Shown: positions 16,823-26,833 of the stretch, in pieces
Numbering within the stretch: position 1 is the stretch's first letter
Layout of the letters: the number at the start of each line of letters is the position of its first letter
DNA from: Pseudomonadota bacterium
GTDB lineage: Bacteria; Pseudomonadota; Alphaproteobacteria; Rhodobacterales; Rhodobacteraceae
DNA: 36,401 nucleotides
Direction: 5' to 3'
Assembly (NCBI GenBank): GCA_039193505.1
Contig: JBCCWM010000001.1
Span: 1 to 36,401, forward strand
Made by a program: the position numbers and the translations under genes
The notes under the pieces: model-generated
The model's input: the letters and a program-made list of their open reading frames with translations, nothing else
The model's database searches: none
Told to the model about the DNA's origin: nothing

Positions 16823-18460
16823 TCACGCCGATGCCTCCCGAGCCTCTCCGGTGCTTTCCGTTGCAGCACGCGGCACTGCCGCGAGGAGGGCTCTTGTGTA
16901 GCGGTGTCGCGGGGCATCGAACACTTGCGCAGTCGGTCCAGCCTCGACCACACGGCCAGACTGCATCACCATGACCCGATCGGCGACTGCGCGAGCCACG
17001 CGCAAATCGTGGGTGATAAAGAAAAGCGCGAACCCGAACCGCGTTTGAAGATCTCGGAAGAGGTCCAGTATCTGGGCCTGCACGGCCACATCAAGCGCAG
17101 AGACCGCCTCATCGGCAATCAGAACCTCGGGGTTCAGCGCCAAAGCGCGTGCGATGCAGATCCTCTGGCGCTGACCGCCAGAGAATTCCTGCGGCAGACG
17201 TTCGGCCGACTGAGGCGAGAGCCCGGTCAAGGCCAGCAGTTCGGCCGCGCACGTGCGCGCCGCAGCGCGCGGCGTACCATGGATGATCGGTCCCTCTGCG
17301 ATGGCATCCCCGATCCGTTGGCGCGGATTGAGGGCCGACCATGGGTCCTGGAGGACGACCTGCACGCGGCGGCGCAGGGTCCGGAGCGCCTTTCCTTGGA
17401 GCGCCGTAATGTCGCGCCCGGCGAAATGGACGCGCCCGGCATCCGCCGGTTCGAGGCGGAGAAGGAGGCGGGCAAGCGAGGACTTTCCCGATCCGGATTC
17501 GCCGACGACCGCCAGGGTCTCTCCGGCGTTGAGCGTAAGCGAAACGTCATCCACGGCCCGGACGATGCGGCGGCGCCAGGGGGCGCCGGACCGATAGACC
17601 AGAGAGACGCGGGTGGCCTCCATGAGCGGCACGTCCGGCGTGTCTGTCGGCTGGCGCGCGGGCAGCATCGTGGCGGCGAGAAGCGCGCGTGTCTCCGGTG
17701 CTGCAGGCGCACGCAAGACGCGCGCCGCTGGTCCCGTTTCGACGAGCCGGCCGTCTTGCATCACCGCGATCCGATCTGCAATCTTGGCCACCACGCCAAT
17801 GTCATGGGTGATGAAGAGGACAGCGCTCCCCCGCTCCCGCTGCAGCGTGGTGAGAAGGCTCAGGATCTCTGCCTGCGTTGTAACGTCGAGCGCAGTCGTC
17901 GGCTCATCGGCGACGAGGAGCTCGGGCTCGAGGAGAAGTGCGCCCGCGATCACGACGCGCTGGCCCTGTCCGCCTGAGAGTTGGTGCGGGAAGGCGTGGA
18001 AGATGCGCTCAGGATCGGGCAGGCGCACGGCGCCGAGCATCTCGATCACGCGGGCCCGGCGTCCGCCTCGTGGAACGCCATGCACTGCGAGGATCTCTTC
18101 GAGCTGCCGTCCAACCCGCATCACCGGGTCGAGACTGGCGATCGCATCCTGAAAGATCATCGCGATCCGGGCCGAGCGGATCTTGCCCCAGCCTGGATCG
18201 CGCTGTGCCGGCAGAGCCGCCCCGTCAAACGAGAGACTGCCGCCCGTCAGGCGGAGCGCGCGGGGCAGCATGCCGAGGATGGCCTGCGCCACGACCGACT
18301 TGCCCGATCCGCTCTGCCCCACAAGGCAGAGCGTCTCTCCACGCGCAATCTCGAGCGAGACGCCCTCGACCGCCGCAGGTCGGTCGCCGCCCTCAGGGAG
18401 GGCGACCGTCAGATCCTGAACGGACAGAAGGGGCGCGGGAGGCGCCCCATCCGCCGTCAT
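16823..18460 (-). CDS. Peptide ABC transporter ATP-binding protein with two fused ATPase domains
   Basis: Two Walker A motifs ([16 protein letters not shown]) and two signatures (LSGGQ, FSGGQ). Confidence 0.95.
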   Translation of the reverse strand: MTADGAPPAPLLSVQDLTVALPEGGDRPAAVEGVSLEIARGETLCLVGQSGSGKSVVAQAILGMLPRALRLTGGSLSFDGAALPAQRDPGWGKIRSARIAMIFQDAIASLDPVMRVGRQLEEILAVHGVPRGGRRARVIEMLGAVRLPDPERIFHAFPHQLSGGQGQRVVIAGALLLEPELLVADEPTTALDVTTQAEILSLLTTLQRERGSAVLFITHDIGVVAKIADRIAVMQDGRLVETGPAARVLRAPAAPETRALLAATMLPARQPTDTPDVPLMEATRVSLVYRSGAPWRRRIVRAVDDVSLTLNAGETLAVVGESGSGKSSLARLLLRLEPADAGRVHFAGRDITALQGKALRTLRRRVQVVLQDPWSALNPRQRIGDAIAEGPIIHGTPRAAARTCAAELLALTGLSPQSAERLPQEFSGGQRQRICIARALALNPEVLIADEAVSALDVAVQAQILDLFRDLQTRFGFALFFITHDLRVARAVADRVMVMQSGRVVEAGPTAQVFDAPRHRYTRALLAAVPRAATESTGEAREASA

Positions 18461-20010
18461 CCGTCGGACTTCATATAGTACTTGTCGAAGATCGTAACGG
18501 CGGAGTTGCCGGGATCCCAGTCCAGATCGTCGCGCGTCGCATAAGAGACCACGTTCCGCCAGAGATACATGCCGGGCGTCGCGTCCTCCCAGGCCCCGAC
18601 AAGGGCGAGATAGGCCGCCTTCCGCTCCTCGAACCCTTGGGCAAGTTCAAACGCAGTGCCGAGCTCCTCGAATTCGGGCGTCATCTCCCAGGTGCGGTGC
18701 TTTGCGCGCACGCGCGACGATTGCGGTCCCCAGTCCATCCAGAGCGGACGGTACGGATCGCCGGAGAACTCCGAACTCATCGACATGTTGAGGAGGTGGA
18801 ACGGCCGCTCGTAGGCGAGCGAGAAGTTGTCGACCACCTCGATCTTCACATTGATCCCGACATCGCGCCACTGCTCGACCATGAACTCCGCCGCGACCTC
18901 GTAGTTGGGGTAGAACCCGCGCGTGATGTGCCAGGTCAGCTCCTCCCCATCGTAGTCTGTTTCGGCGAGGAGCGCCTTGGCTTCATCCGGATCGTAGGTG
19001 TAGCGCGCCTCGCGGTCCGGGTCGAAATAGGCTCCGTATTCGGGGAAGTTGAAGGGGGCGGGCACAAAGGTGGCCTCGCCCCACAGCGCTTCGACAATGC
19101 CCTCGCGGTCGACCGCGCTCACCATTGCCTTTCGGAGGTTGGCGTCGGTCAACGGGTTGTCGGGCAGGAGCTCCGTGTTCAGCATGTTGAAGGCGAACAT
19201 CGGGTAGTTCTCGATCGATTTCTCCATCACCGTGACACCGGACGTGCCGGCCACCTGCTCCACTTGGTCCGCGGGAACGGAGACGATCACGTCGAATTCG
19301 CCCGAGGCGAGACCCGCGAAACGGGTCGAGAACTCCGGCACGATCTCAAACGTCAGCGAGGCTGCCGGGACCGGCCCGTTCCAATAGGCGTCATAGGCCT
19401 CTGCGACGACGCGAACCGAGGGGTCGAACTCGGTCATGCGGTAGGGCCCAGTGCCGATCGGCATCTGACCGAAGGCCTCGGTGCCGACCTCCTCGTAGTA
19501 GTGCTTGGGCAGGACGAAGCCCAGGGGTGTCACGAGGCGGAAGATGAAGTTCGGATCGGGGTAGGACGTCTCGATCTCCACGGTCAGATCGTCGATGGCC
19601 TCGACGCGCGTGATGCCGCGGGCGTAGCGCGTGCCCCGCGGGGCGAGCGGTTCGGGGCCCCAGAGCCGCTCCGCCGACATGGAGAAGGCGATGTCTTCGG
19701 CGTCGACCACATGGCCGTCATGGAACGTCACGCCCTCGCGGAGGGTCACGCGCCAGATCGTGTCGGACACTTGCTCCCAACTCTCGGCGAGCCAGGGGAC
19801 GAGTTCCGTGCCGTCGGGGTCTTCCCAGCGGTTGCGGCGCACGAGCGTATCGAAGACGTTGGAATGGACGCGTGCGCCTGTCGTCGAGATGCCGATCACC
19901 GGGTCCATCGTCGGCCACAGATTGTCGACGCCGATCTTGATGTCCGGGCGGTCCTCGGCCAGGGCGGGCGCCGCAAGGGCGGTGGCGAGCAGCAGCGGTT
20001 TCAGGTTCAT
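18457..20010 (-). CDS. ABC transporter substrate-binding protein, family 5
   Basis: Signal peptide, LAESWE..LREGVTFHDG, PIGTGPY and YDPDEAKALL. Confidence 0.93.
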   Translation of the reverse strand: MNLKPLLLATALAAPALAEDRPDIKIGVDNLWPTMDPVIGISTTGARVHSNVFDTLVRRNRWEDPDGTELVPWLAESWEQVSDTIWRVTLREGVTFHDGHVVDAEDIAFSMSAERLWGPEPLAPRGTRYARGITRVEAIDDLTVEIETSYPDPNFIFRLVTPLGFVLPKHYYEEVGTEAFGQMPIGTGPYRMTEFDPSVRVVAEAYDAYWNGPVPAASLTFEIVPEFSTRFAGLASGEFDVIVSVPADQVEQVAGTSGVTVMEKSIENYPMFAFNMLNTELLPDNPLTDANLRKAMVSAVDREGIVEALWGEATFVPAPFNFPEYGAYFDPDREARYTYDPDEAKALLAETDYDGEELTWHITRGFYPNYEVAAEFMVEQWRDVGINVKIEVVDNFSLAYERPFHLLNMSMSSEFSGDPYRPLWMDWGPQSSRVRAKHRTWEMTPEFEELGTAFELAQGFEERKAAYLALVGAWEDATPGMYLWRNVVSYATRDDLDWDPGNSAVTIFDKYYMKSDG

Positions 20011-20039
20011 ACTCTCTCTCCTGTCTGGGGATGCGCGGG

Positions 20040-20888
20040 CTATTCCGCCGCGTCGCGTGTCAGCGGCTGGGTGACCATACGGTACGGCCGCTCGTTTCTG
20101 AGATTGGGGATTTGGCTCCGGGCGCGCTCCACCTCCGTGAGGTCGAGCTCCACCGTCACAGTGCCGGTCGCCTCCGGCCCGAGATCGGCCAGGACCTCGC
20201 CCCAGGGCGAGACGATCATCGAATGCCCCCAGGTCTCGCGCCCGTCATTGTGCCGGCCGACTTGGGCGGGCGCGATCATGAAGGCCCCGTTCTCGATGGC
20301 ACGTGCGCGGAGGAGAACCTCCCAATGCGCGCGTCCGGTCGGCACTGTGAAGGCCGATGGCGCGAAGAGGAGCGTTGCGCCGGCCTTGGCGTAGTCGCGG
20401 TAAAGCTGCGGGAAGCGGAGATCGTAGCAGATCCCGAGACCCCAAGGCCCCCAGGGCGTGTCGACCAGCACCGCCTCCTCTCCCGGCGCGTAGCGCTTGG
20501 ACTCGCCCGTCGCCCCGCGCCCCTCGAGAAACACATCGAAGAGGTGGATTTTGTCGTAGCGGGCAACAACGGCACCGACAGGGTCAATCAGCACTGTGTG
20601 GTTGAGGTAGCGCTCCCCCGGCCCTTTGACCGGGGTCGAGCCGATGTGGATCCAGATCCCTCGCGCCGCTGCGATCTCGCGACAGGCCGCGATAAAGGGA
20701 TCGGCGGTCTCATCCGTGATCTGCGTGCGCGCATCTTCGCGGTCGCGGTTCATCATGCCGGCGGCCTCCGGCAGGGCGAGGAGGTCGCACTCCGCCGTTT
20801 CCGCCGCCGCGCGAACTGCGTCGATATTGCCCTGATGGCGGTTCGTCGATGTCATTTGCATCATCGTCAGCTGCAGCGTTGCCTGCAT
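20040..20888 (-). CDS. Carbon-nitrogen hydrolase, Nit1-like amidase
   Basis: Catalytic E-K-C context: LPE, YDKIHLFD, GICYDLRFP. Also PSAFTVPTGRAHWEVLLRARAIENG. Confidence 0.92.
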   Translation of the reverse strand: MQATLQLTMMQMTSTNRHQGNIDAVRAAAETAECDLLALPEAAGMMNRDREDARTQITDETADPFIAACREIAAARGIWIHIGSTPVKGPGERYLNHTVLIDPVGAVVARYDKIHLFDVFLEGRGATGESKRYAPGEEAVLVDTPWGPWGLGICYDLRFPQLYRDYAKAGATLLFAPSAFTVPTGRAHWEVLLRARAIENGAFMIAPAQVGRHNDGRETWGHSMIVSPWGEVLADLGPEATGTVTVELDLTEVERARSQIPNLRNERPYRMVTQPLTRDAAE

Positions 20889-20963
20889 GCTCGGCACCTC
20901 CCTCGCTCAGAGCGGAGTGTATGGCCCGACGGGCCGGCGAAAAGCACAAACATCTTGCCTCTC

Positions 20964-20978
20964 GTCTAAAAAACTAAC
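20964..20978. promoter_or_regulatory. Putative LysR binding box (T-N11-A)
   Basis: AT-rich GTCTAAAAAACTAAC with a GT..AC dyad, between the divergent LysR and C-N hydrolase genes. Confidence 0.4.
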
Positions 20979-20989
20979 ATGTCCGCAGC

Positions 20990-21871
20990 ATGGCTCCGCC
21001 TCGTCGCCTGCCGCCCCTGACCGCGCTCCGCGTGCTTGAGGCGATCCATGAGACGGGCTCCGTCGTGGCGGCGGCGCGGCGCCTCAGCGTCTCGCACTCC
21101 GCCGTCAGCCATCAGGTCAAGCAGCTCGAGGCCTGGGTCGGTCGGCCGCTCTTTGTTCGCCGCGGCCGGTCGCTCGCACTGACTGCGGCGGGGGAGAGCC
21201 TCGCGGGCGTCGTCAACGAGGCCTTCGATTCAATCCGCCATGAGCTCGACCGTCTGCCCGTGCGGGACGCGCGGACAGTGACGGTCTCGGCGCTGCCGGC
21301 GGTGGCGACGCGGCTCCTGCTGCCGGCCGTGCCCGACTTTGCGGCCCGCCACCCCGACATCGCGCTCCACTTGGCGCTGGCCCATGCCGACCGGCCGGTG
21401 ACACCGGCTCCGGACATCGAGATCGGGTTCAAGCCGCGCGAGGCATTGCTTGAGGGCGAGGTCGAGCTTCTGCCGGGCAATGCCGCGCCGGTTGCCGCAC
21501 CGGCCCTCCTCGCCCGCACGGGCAGCGCGGCGCGCCTCCTCGCTGAGGGTCCGTTCCTCGCGGACGAGGATCTCAGGATGTGGCGCCTCTGGGCGGACGC
21601 AAATCCACACTCTGCAACCCAAACGACACCCCCCCTTGTTCTGGAGGGAGCGTTCCTCCTCCAGGAGGCAGCGCTCGCCGGGCTCGGTGTCGCGTTCTGC
21701 CGCACAGCGTTCATGGAGGGAGATCTGGCCGAAGGGCGGCTCATCCGTCTCTCAGATCGCGAGATCGACGCAGACTGGTGCTACCTCCTTCGTACGGCCC
21801 ATGGCAGGCGGGCTGACCCGGATGTGGCGCTGGTGGTTGCGTGGTTGCGCGCCGCGATTGCCGCTCCCTAA
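20990..21871 (+). CDS. LysR-family regulator (GcvA-like)
   Basis: LPPLTALRVLEA..SHSAVSHQVKQLE HTH followed by a LysR substrate-binding domain. Confidence 0.93.
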   Translation: MAPPRRLPPLTALRVLEAIHETGSVVAAARRLSVSHSAVSHQVKQLEAWVGRPLFVRRGRSLALTAAGESLAGVVNEAFDSIRHELDRLPVRDARTVTVSALPAVATRLLLPAVPDFAARHPDIALHLALAHADRPVTPAPDIEIGFKPREALLEGEVELLPGNAAPVAAPALLARTGSAARLLAEGPFLADEDLRMWRLWADANPHSATQTTPPLVLEGAFLLQEAALAGLGVAFCRTAFMEGDLAEGRLIRLSDREIDADWCYLLRTAHGRRADPDVALVVAWLRAAIAAP

Positions 21872-21987
21872 ACCGCGCGGGCGGATACCCGAGTGGCGCC
21901 CGCACCGATGAGCGCGACGCACGGCCAAAGGACGCGGGCGGCACATTCGGCAGTCACGCGCCCGGCCCGGACCCGTCTGGGGTGCCG

Positions 21988-23325
21988 CTACGTGGCTGCA
22001 CGGCCTGCACGCCCAGCGCGGAAGCGCCCGGGATCGAAAGGTGCAGGGTCGACGGAGGTCGTCCGGCCGGTCGCAAGTTCTGCAGCGAGCTGTCCGACCC
22101 CCGGGCCAAGTCCGAAGCCGTGCCCCGAGAGACCGGAGGCGACGGTCAGACCGGTGAGACCGCCGACGGGGCCGATCACCGGCACCTCGTCGGGCGTTAC
22201 GTCAATCATGCCGCCCCAGGCGCCCCGCAAAGCGGCTCCCTTAAGCTGCGGGTAGGTCTCCTTGGCAGAGGTCAGGATGTCCTGGATCAGCCGCGGGTCG
22301 GGCGTCGGGTCGAGGGCACGGGCCGCCTCGAAGGGGCTCAACTGATCAGGCTGCCACCGCCTGTGGCCGAGAGCGCCGAAGAACTCGGGCCCAAGGCGAA
22401 GCTGAAGCATCCGCCATCGCGCGCGGAGCGTCGGCCAAAAGGTCCGGAACTGCGCGAACGCGGCGGGAATCAGGTCGAAGCGCGCCACCCCGCTCCGCCC
22501 GACGGTGTAGCCGCCCTCGGCGCGGGGGCGCACCGCAGCCCGCGCCGTGCCGACCGGCCCCGGCGCGATCGCTGGTGCGGGACCGGTGGCGAGCGCCTGG
22601 CTGCCGACGGCGAGTTGCGCAAGGCCCGCACCAGCGTTCTCAAGAAACGGCCGGCACCAGGCGCCACCGGCGAGGATCACGGACTGGCACGCGATCCGCC
22701 CATGCTCCGTCACGACCCCCGTGATCCGACCGCCGGACTGCTCAAGCGTGCGCACGGCCGAGTGCTCGAAGATGTCGGCCCCAGCCGCGGCTGCATGATC
22801 CGCGAGCGCGCCGACCGCCATGTCGGGCGCGGCATGCATGTCGCCCGGCGTGAAGATCCCGCCGAGGAAACGCCGCCTGTCCTGACCGACATGCGCATCC
22901 GCCTCCGCTGAGGAGAGGACGCGGCTGCCGAGCTGATAGGGTGCCGCATCCTCCACCCACTTTGCGTAGCGCGCCATGGTCTCCTCATCCTCGGCGAGGT
23001 ATGTGACACCCTCGACCTGAAGCCCTGTGCGGCCACCAACCTCCGCCGTCCAACTCTGCCAGTGGCGCCGCGCAATCAGCATCAGCTCCATCTCTCGGAA
23101 GTCGCGCCCCTGGGCCCTGATCCAACCCCAGTTCCGGGAGGATTGCTCACCTGCGACACGGCCTTTTTCGAAGACAACCACCGGCACGCCCCACCGGGCC
23201 AGGATCAGGGCCGCGCTGACACCGACAACGCCACCGCCGATGACGACGACCTCCGTCGCCAACGGCAGTGGCCGTTCGGGCGGCGGTGGAAAAACAGGAC
23301 TGTCAAGGGGCGGCGCTGGGTGCAT
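21988..23325 (-). CDS. FAD-dependent oxidoreductase, DAO/DadA family
   Basis: VIGGGVVG, GEQSSRNWGW, WGGMIDVTPD and SGHGFGLGP. Confidence 0.92.
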   Translation of the reverse strand: MHPAPPLDSPVFPPPPERPLPLATEVVVIGGGVVGVSAALILARWGVPVVVFEKGRVAGEQSSRNWGWIRAQGRDFREMELMLIARRHWQSWTAEVGGRTGLQVEGVTYLAEDEETMARYAKWVEDAAPYQLGSRVLSSAEADAHVGQDRRRFLGGIFTPGDMHAAPDMAVGALADHAAAAGADIFEHSAVRTLEQSGGRITGVVTEHGRIACQSVILAGGAWCRPFLENAGAGLAQLAVGSQALATGPAPAIAPGPVGTARAAVRPRAEGGYTVGRSGVARFDLIPAAFAQFRTFWPTLRARWRMLQLRLGPEFFGALGHRRWQPDQLSPFEAARALDPTPDPRLIQDILTSAKETYPQLKGAALRGAWGGMIDVTPDEVPVIGPVGGLTGLTVASGLSGHGFGLGPGVGQLAAELATGRTTSVDPAPFDPGRFRAGRAGRAAT

Positions 23326-23579
23326 GCGCGAAGCGTGCCGGGTGCGTCGGGCCTTGTAAAGCACACTCCGCCAGCCGTCGTGGGCCTTGCCGCAAATCGG
23401 AGCAATCCACGCCCCGAGAGCCGTCTGACCCCAGCAGCCAGCGGCGCAGACTGTCCCTCGGCACCAAGCGATTTTGGCATGGACCCGTGGTCACTCCGCA
23501 AGACGCGCTCAGGTCACGGACAGAACGCCTGCCTCCGTTTGACCTGCAAGACCCAACTTCAGTGCCGGTTGCGCGCGGC

Positions 23580-24419
23580 TCACCCGGAAAAGAGCACTGG
23601 CACGTTCGTGGTTCGGATCACCTCACGCGTTGCATCGGTGAAAAGGAGGTCGTGGAGCCGGCCATGACCGAAGGCGCCCATCACGATCAAATCCGCACCG
23701 CCCGTCCGAGCCTCCTTCACGATCTGGGCGCCGACTGTATGTTGATCCTGCTTGCGGTGCCAGACGTCAGCGGTCACGCCGTGGCGTGCGAGCATGCGCG
23801 CAAGCTCATGGCCCTCCGTCGCGTCAGCCTCCGTCTCAGACGCGTGGCGCCTGATGGTCAGGATCGTCGTTAGATCCGCCTCTTTCAGGAACCCGAGAGC
23901 GTTGTGGGCTGCGCGGCTCGCCTCCCGCGTTGGCGTCCAACACAGAAGGACGCGCCGCGCTGGGAGCGCGGCGCCACACCCGGCTGGCAGCATCAGAAGG
24001 GGCCGGCCCGTGGCGATGAGGAGATCGTGAAGCTGGCCGATGCCTTCAGCCTGATGCTCGGTCCCAGGCGCGCTGAGGATCATCAGGTCCGACCTCAAAG
24101 CAATGTCAGAGAGCTTCGCCGATATGCTCGACTGGTAGGCCGACACCTCACGCCACTCCGTCCGATCGGCGATCTGGCGGGTTTCCGCCTCGAAGGCAGC
24201 CTTGGTCTCCGCTGCCACGCGCTCCGCGTCAGTGCGCAGCCTGTTGTAGAGTTCTATGTTGATTGCGCCGGCGCCGCCCGGATACAACTCGAAGAGTTGT
24301 TTGACATGGATGCCGATCATGTGGCCGCTGAAGCGCTCGGCCACGCTGACGGCAGATGGTGCGATTTCCGCCGCAGCGCTCGGTGTCGGCAAGACGGTCA
24401 GGATTGTTTTGTACGGCAT
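23580..24419 (-). CDS. Universal stress protein (tandem UspA domains)
   Basis: MPYKTIL start with RBS, WTPTREASRA and ADLIVMGAFGHGRL..TREVI..VPVLFS. Confidence 0.9.
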   Translation of the reverse strand: MPYKTILTVLPTPSAAAEIAPSAVSVAERFSGHMIGIHVKQLFELYPGGAGAINIELYNRLRTDAERVAAETKAAFEAETRQIADRTEWREVSAYQSSISAKLSDIALRSDLMILSAPGTEHQAEGIGQLHDLLIATGRPLLMLPAGCGAALPARRVLLCWTPTREASRAAHNALGFLKEADLTTILTIRRHASETEADATEGHELARMLARHGVTADVWHRKQDQHTVGAQIVKEARTGGADLIVMGAFGHGRLHDLLFTDATREVIRTTNVPVLFSG

Positions 24420-24473
24420 GGCATCCCCCCTCAGACCCGGCGCCGAGAATGGCCGTGACCCGCCGCTGGTGCC

Positions 24474-24487
24474 TTGATTGAGGTCAA
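24474..24487. promoter_or_regulatory. FNR/FnrL/FixK-type binding site
   Basis: TTGAT-TGAG-GTCAA has one mismatch to TTGAT-N4-ATCAA and is centred about 61 nt upstream of the usp ATG. Usp genes are common FnrL/FixK targets in alphaproteobacteria. Confidence 0.7.
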
Positions 24488-24502
24488 GCCGCGCTTTTGC
24501 GC

Positions 24503-24739
24503 TCAAAACGCCCGGAACGTCATCGTCGTCAGGCTGCGCTGAATGCCCTCGATGTCGAGGAGTTGCGCGTCCACATACTTCCCGATGTCCTCGCCCTCCG
24601 GAATGTAGAGCTTCATCAGCAGATCGTAGGTGCCGGAGGTCGAATAGAGTTCGGAGTGGATCTCGCGGTCGAGGATCGCCTCGGCGACCCGGTAGGTCCA
24701 CCCGGGAGTGCACTGAAACTGGATGAAGACACAGGTCAT
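24503..24739 (-). CDS. Lrp/AsnC ligand-binding-domain-only protein (78 aa)
   Basis: MTCVFIQFQC..SELYSTSGTYDLLMK..IEGIQRSLT; no HTH; RBS present. Confidence 0.85.
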   Translation of the reverse strand: MTCVFIQFQCTPGWTYRVAEAILDREIHSELYSTSGTYDLLMKLYIPEGEDIGKYVDAQLLDIEGIQRSLTTMTFRAF

Positions 24740-24798
24740 GATCCCCCCTCTCGCCACTCTGCGGCGCCGCTGCGCCCTGCGCAAGCGCCGAGTATCGG

Positions 24799-25647
24799 TC
24801 AGGGCGACAGCGTCGGGGCGAGGGCGGCCAGCGCGCTGGCCAAGGCGTCCGCGGCAGCGGTGAGCCCAAAGATCCCTTCGGTTTTGGCCAGGGTCCGTTC
24901 CTCCATGTAGAGCGCGCGGTTGAGCTCGATCTGTATGGAATGGCGGTGCTCCGCCGGACGGCCGTGTCGACGCACGATCTCGAAGCCCTTGTAGGGATCG
25001 TTGAGCGCGACCGAATACCCGAGGCCGCGGAAGGTGTCGATGACGCAGTCCCGCATTGATTGAGCGCAGGAGGTGCCATCCCGGTCGCCGACAACAACAT
25101 CGGGGCGCCGAACCGGGCCGTCCTCGGTCGTTCTGTCTCCGCGGCTGCTCATGGAATGTGCGTTGACATGGAGAACGAGCCCATGGTCCGAGTGCGCGGC
25201 CTCGAGGGCACCTGCCAGAGCGTCCTGATAGGGCTGCCAACATGTGTCGAGGCGATGGCGCAGCTCCGCAGGGGAGATCAATCGGTCGTAGACCGGCCCA
25301 GCGTCGCGCATCGCCCGCCAGAGAAGGCCGACTTTGCGCGACAGCGTCTTCGATGTCGGATTGACCGGCCCGTCCCAAGGGCCCGACAACATCGATACAT
25401 CGATGTCGTCTGAGGCCCTGTTGGGGTCGATGTATGCGCGCGGAAAAAGGGCATGGACGAGTGTGACACCGTGCTGCGCGGCTGGGGCAAAGATCTCCTC
25501 GAGATGGGCGTCTTCCGAGCGTCGCAACACCAGTCGATCAATCGAATGTCCAAAATCTGCGGGGTAGATTGAGCCCGAATGAGGGCTGTCGAAGACAAGC
25601 GGTGTGCTTCCTGCGGTCGGCCGCTCGATCCGAACCCAGGGGCTCAT
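24799..25647 (-). CDS. N-formylglutamate amidohydrolase family protein
   Basis: LVFDSPHSG, FPRAYIDPNR, HSM, GDRDGTSC, NDPYKG and IQIELNRALYM. Confidence 0.9.
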   Translation of the reverse strand: MSPWVRIERPTAGSTPLVFDSPHSGSIYPADFGHSIDRLVLRRSEDAHLEEIFAPAAQHGVTLVHALFPRAYIDPNRASDDIDVSMLSGPWDGPVNPTSKTLSRKVGLLWRAMRDAGPVYDRLISPAELRHRLDTCWQPYQDALAGALEAAHSDHGLVLHVNAHSMSSRGDRTTEDGPVRRPDVVVGDRDGTSCAQSMRDCVIDTFRGLGYSVALNDPYKGFEIVRRHGRPAEHRHSIQIELNRALYMEERTLAKTEGIFGLTAAADALASALAALAPTLSP

Positions 25648-25705
25648 GCGGCGCAGGACCTGTCGTGTTGCGTCGCTCTGTGCCGGGTCCAAGCTTTGAG
25701 GTATG

Positions 25706-25787
25706 GCGCCAAGGCGTCGGTTCGGGCGCGCCCGAACCCGCGCGCGGGCGCGCGGCCTCTGCGATCCGCAGAGGCGACGCCGCCCCC
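25706..25787. repeat. 82-nt four-way-junction (cloverleaf) repeat, copy 2
   Basis: All four stems are identical to 16730-16811. The loops are GC, GG and ATC instead of AG, TC and GGT. Confidence 0.95.
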
Positions 25788-25840
25788 GTCGCGCTCTCGA
25801 CTCCCGAGCGCCCGGGATGCCCGAGCGCCGACCGCACCCG

Positions 25841-26833
25841 TCATGCGTCGCGCCAGTGATGGCAGGCCACAGTCCGACCGTCAGGCGTGATCTCGAGGGG
25901 CGGGCGTTCCTGCTGACACAATTCCGAAGCGCGTGGACAGCGTGGGTGAAAGTGGCAGCCCGACGGCGGAGCGAGGGGCGAGGGTATCTCACCCTTGATC
26001 GGCTCGAACGCGCGCTTCCGGTGGTCGAGGCGCGGCGCCTCGGCAAGAAGCGCGCGTGTGTACGGGTGGCGCGGCGCGGCAAAGAGCGCGTCCGTCGGCG
26101 CGGTCTCAACGATCCGTCCGAGATACATGATCGCCACCCGGTCTGCGACGTGTTCGACCACCGAGAGGTCGTGACTGATGAAGAGGTATGTCAGATCCAG
26201 CATTTCGCGCAGGTCCATGAAGAGGTTCAGGACCTGCGCCTGGATCGACACGTCGAGCGCTGCGATGGCCTCGTCGCAGACGAGAAACCGCGGTCGCACC
26301 GCAAGGGCCCGGGCGATCCCGATCCGCTGCCGCTGACCGCCTGAGAACTGGTGCGGGTAGCGGCGCCGGAGGCTGGGGTCGAGGCCCACCCGCCGCATCG
26401 TCTCAGCCACATACTCCCCGACATCGCCATCGATCAGGCCGTGCGCACGGGGCGCCTCGCCGATGATGTCCTCAACCCGCATTCGGGGATTGAGGCTCGC
26501 GAACGGGTCCTGGAAGATCATCTGCACCGCAAGTGTCGCCGCCCGTCGCGCCTTGCCCGAAAGCGCGGCCACATCGGCGCCGTCGAGGACGATCTGACCG
26601 TCGCTTGGGGCGTGAACGCCGGCGACAACGCGTCCGAGGGTCGACTTTCCGCACCCGGATTCGCCAACAAGGCCCAGCACTTCGCCTGTCGCAACGCTGA
26701 GACTGACGCCATCGACCGCGTGCACGGTCTCTTCGCGCACATTGGCGCCGAGCCGCGCCGCGAGCTTACCCGCAAAGTCGAGGCGCCTGGTGAAGCGCTT
26801 TGAGACGTCGCGGATCTCAAGGAGGTCGTTCAC
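25841..26833 (-). CDS. Peptide ABC transporter ATP-binding protein (DppF/OppF-like)
   Basis: GESGCGKS, FSGGQRQR and C-terminal GCHFHPRC..VACH. GTGA overlap with the upstream gene. Confidence 0.95.
   Translation of the reverse strand: MNDLLEIRDVSKRFTRRLDFAGKLAARLGANVREETVHAVDGVSLSVATGEVLGLVGESGCGKSTLGRVVAGVHAPSDGQIVLDGADVAALSGKARRAATLAVQMIFQDPFASLNPRMRVEDIIGEAPRAHGLIDGDVGEYVAETMRRVGLDPSLRRRYPHQFSGGQRQRIGIARALAVRPRFLVCDEAIAALDVSIQAQVLNLFMDLREMLDLTYLFISHDLSVVEHVADRVAIMYLGRIVETAPTDALFAAPRHPYTRALLAEAPRLDHRKRAFEPIKGEIPSPLAPPSGCHFHPRCPRASELCQQERPPLEITPDGRTVACHHWRDA

Noticed and set aside
17938-20394. Long plus-strand ORFs (818 aa here; also 30469-32247, 16583-17977, 13516-14793, 10876-12171)
   Set aside because: These are antisense shadows of well-supported minus-strand genes, expected at this GC content, and have no recognisable motifs.
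23580-25100. N-terminally extended ORF-track versions of usp (also rlmN, dppB, mlrC-like, LysR and 28706-30244)
   Set aside because: The extensions overlap other real genes or repeats. Downstream starts with an RBS or ATGA coupling fit family lengths better.
16730-25787. CRISPR array, or a composite transposon bounded by the two 82-nt repeats
   Set aside because: Only two copies 9 kb apart, with no spacers, cas genes or transposase between them. Both copies sit inside operons, not at a module boundary.
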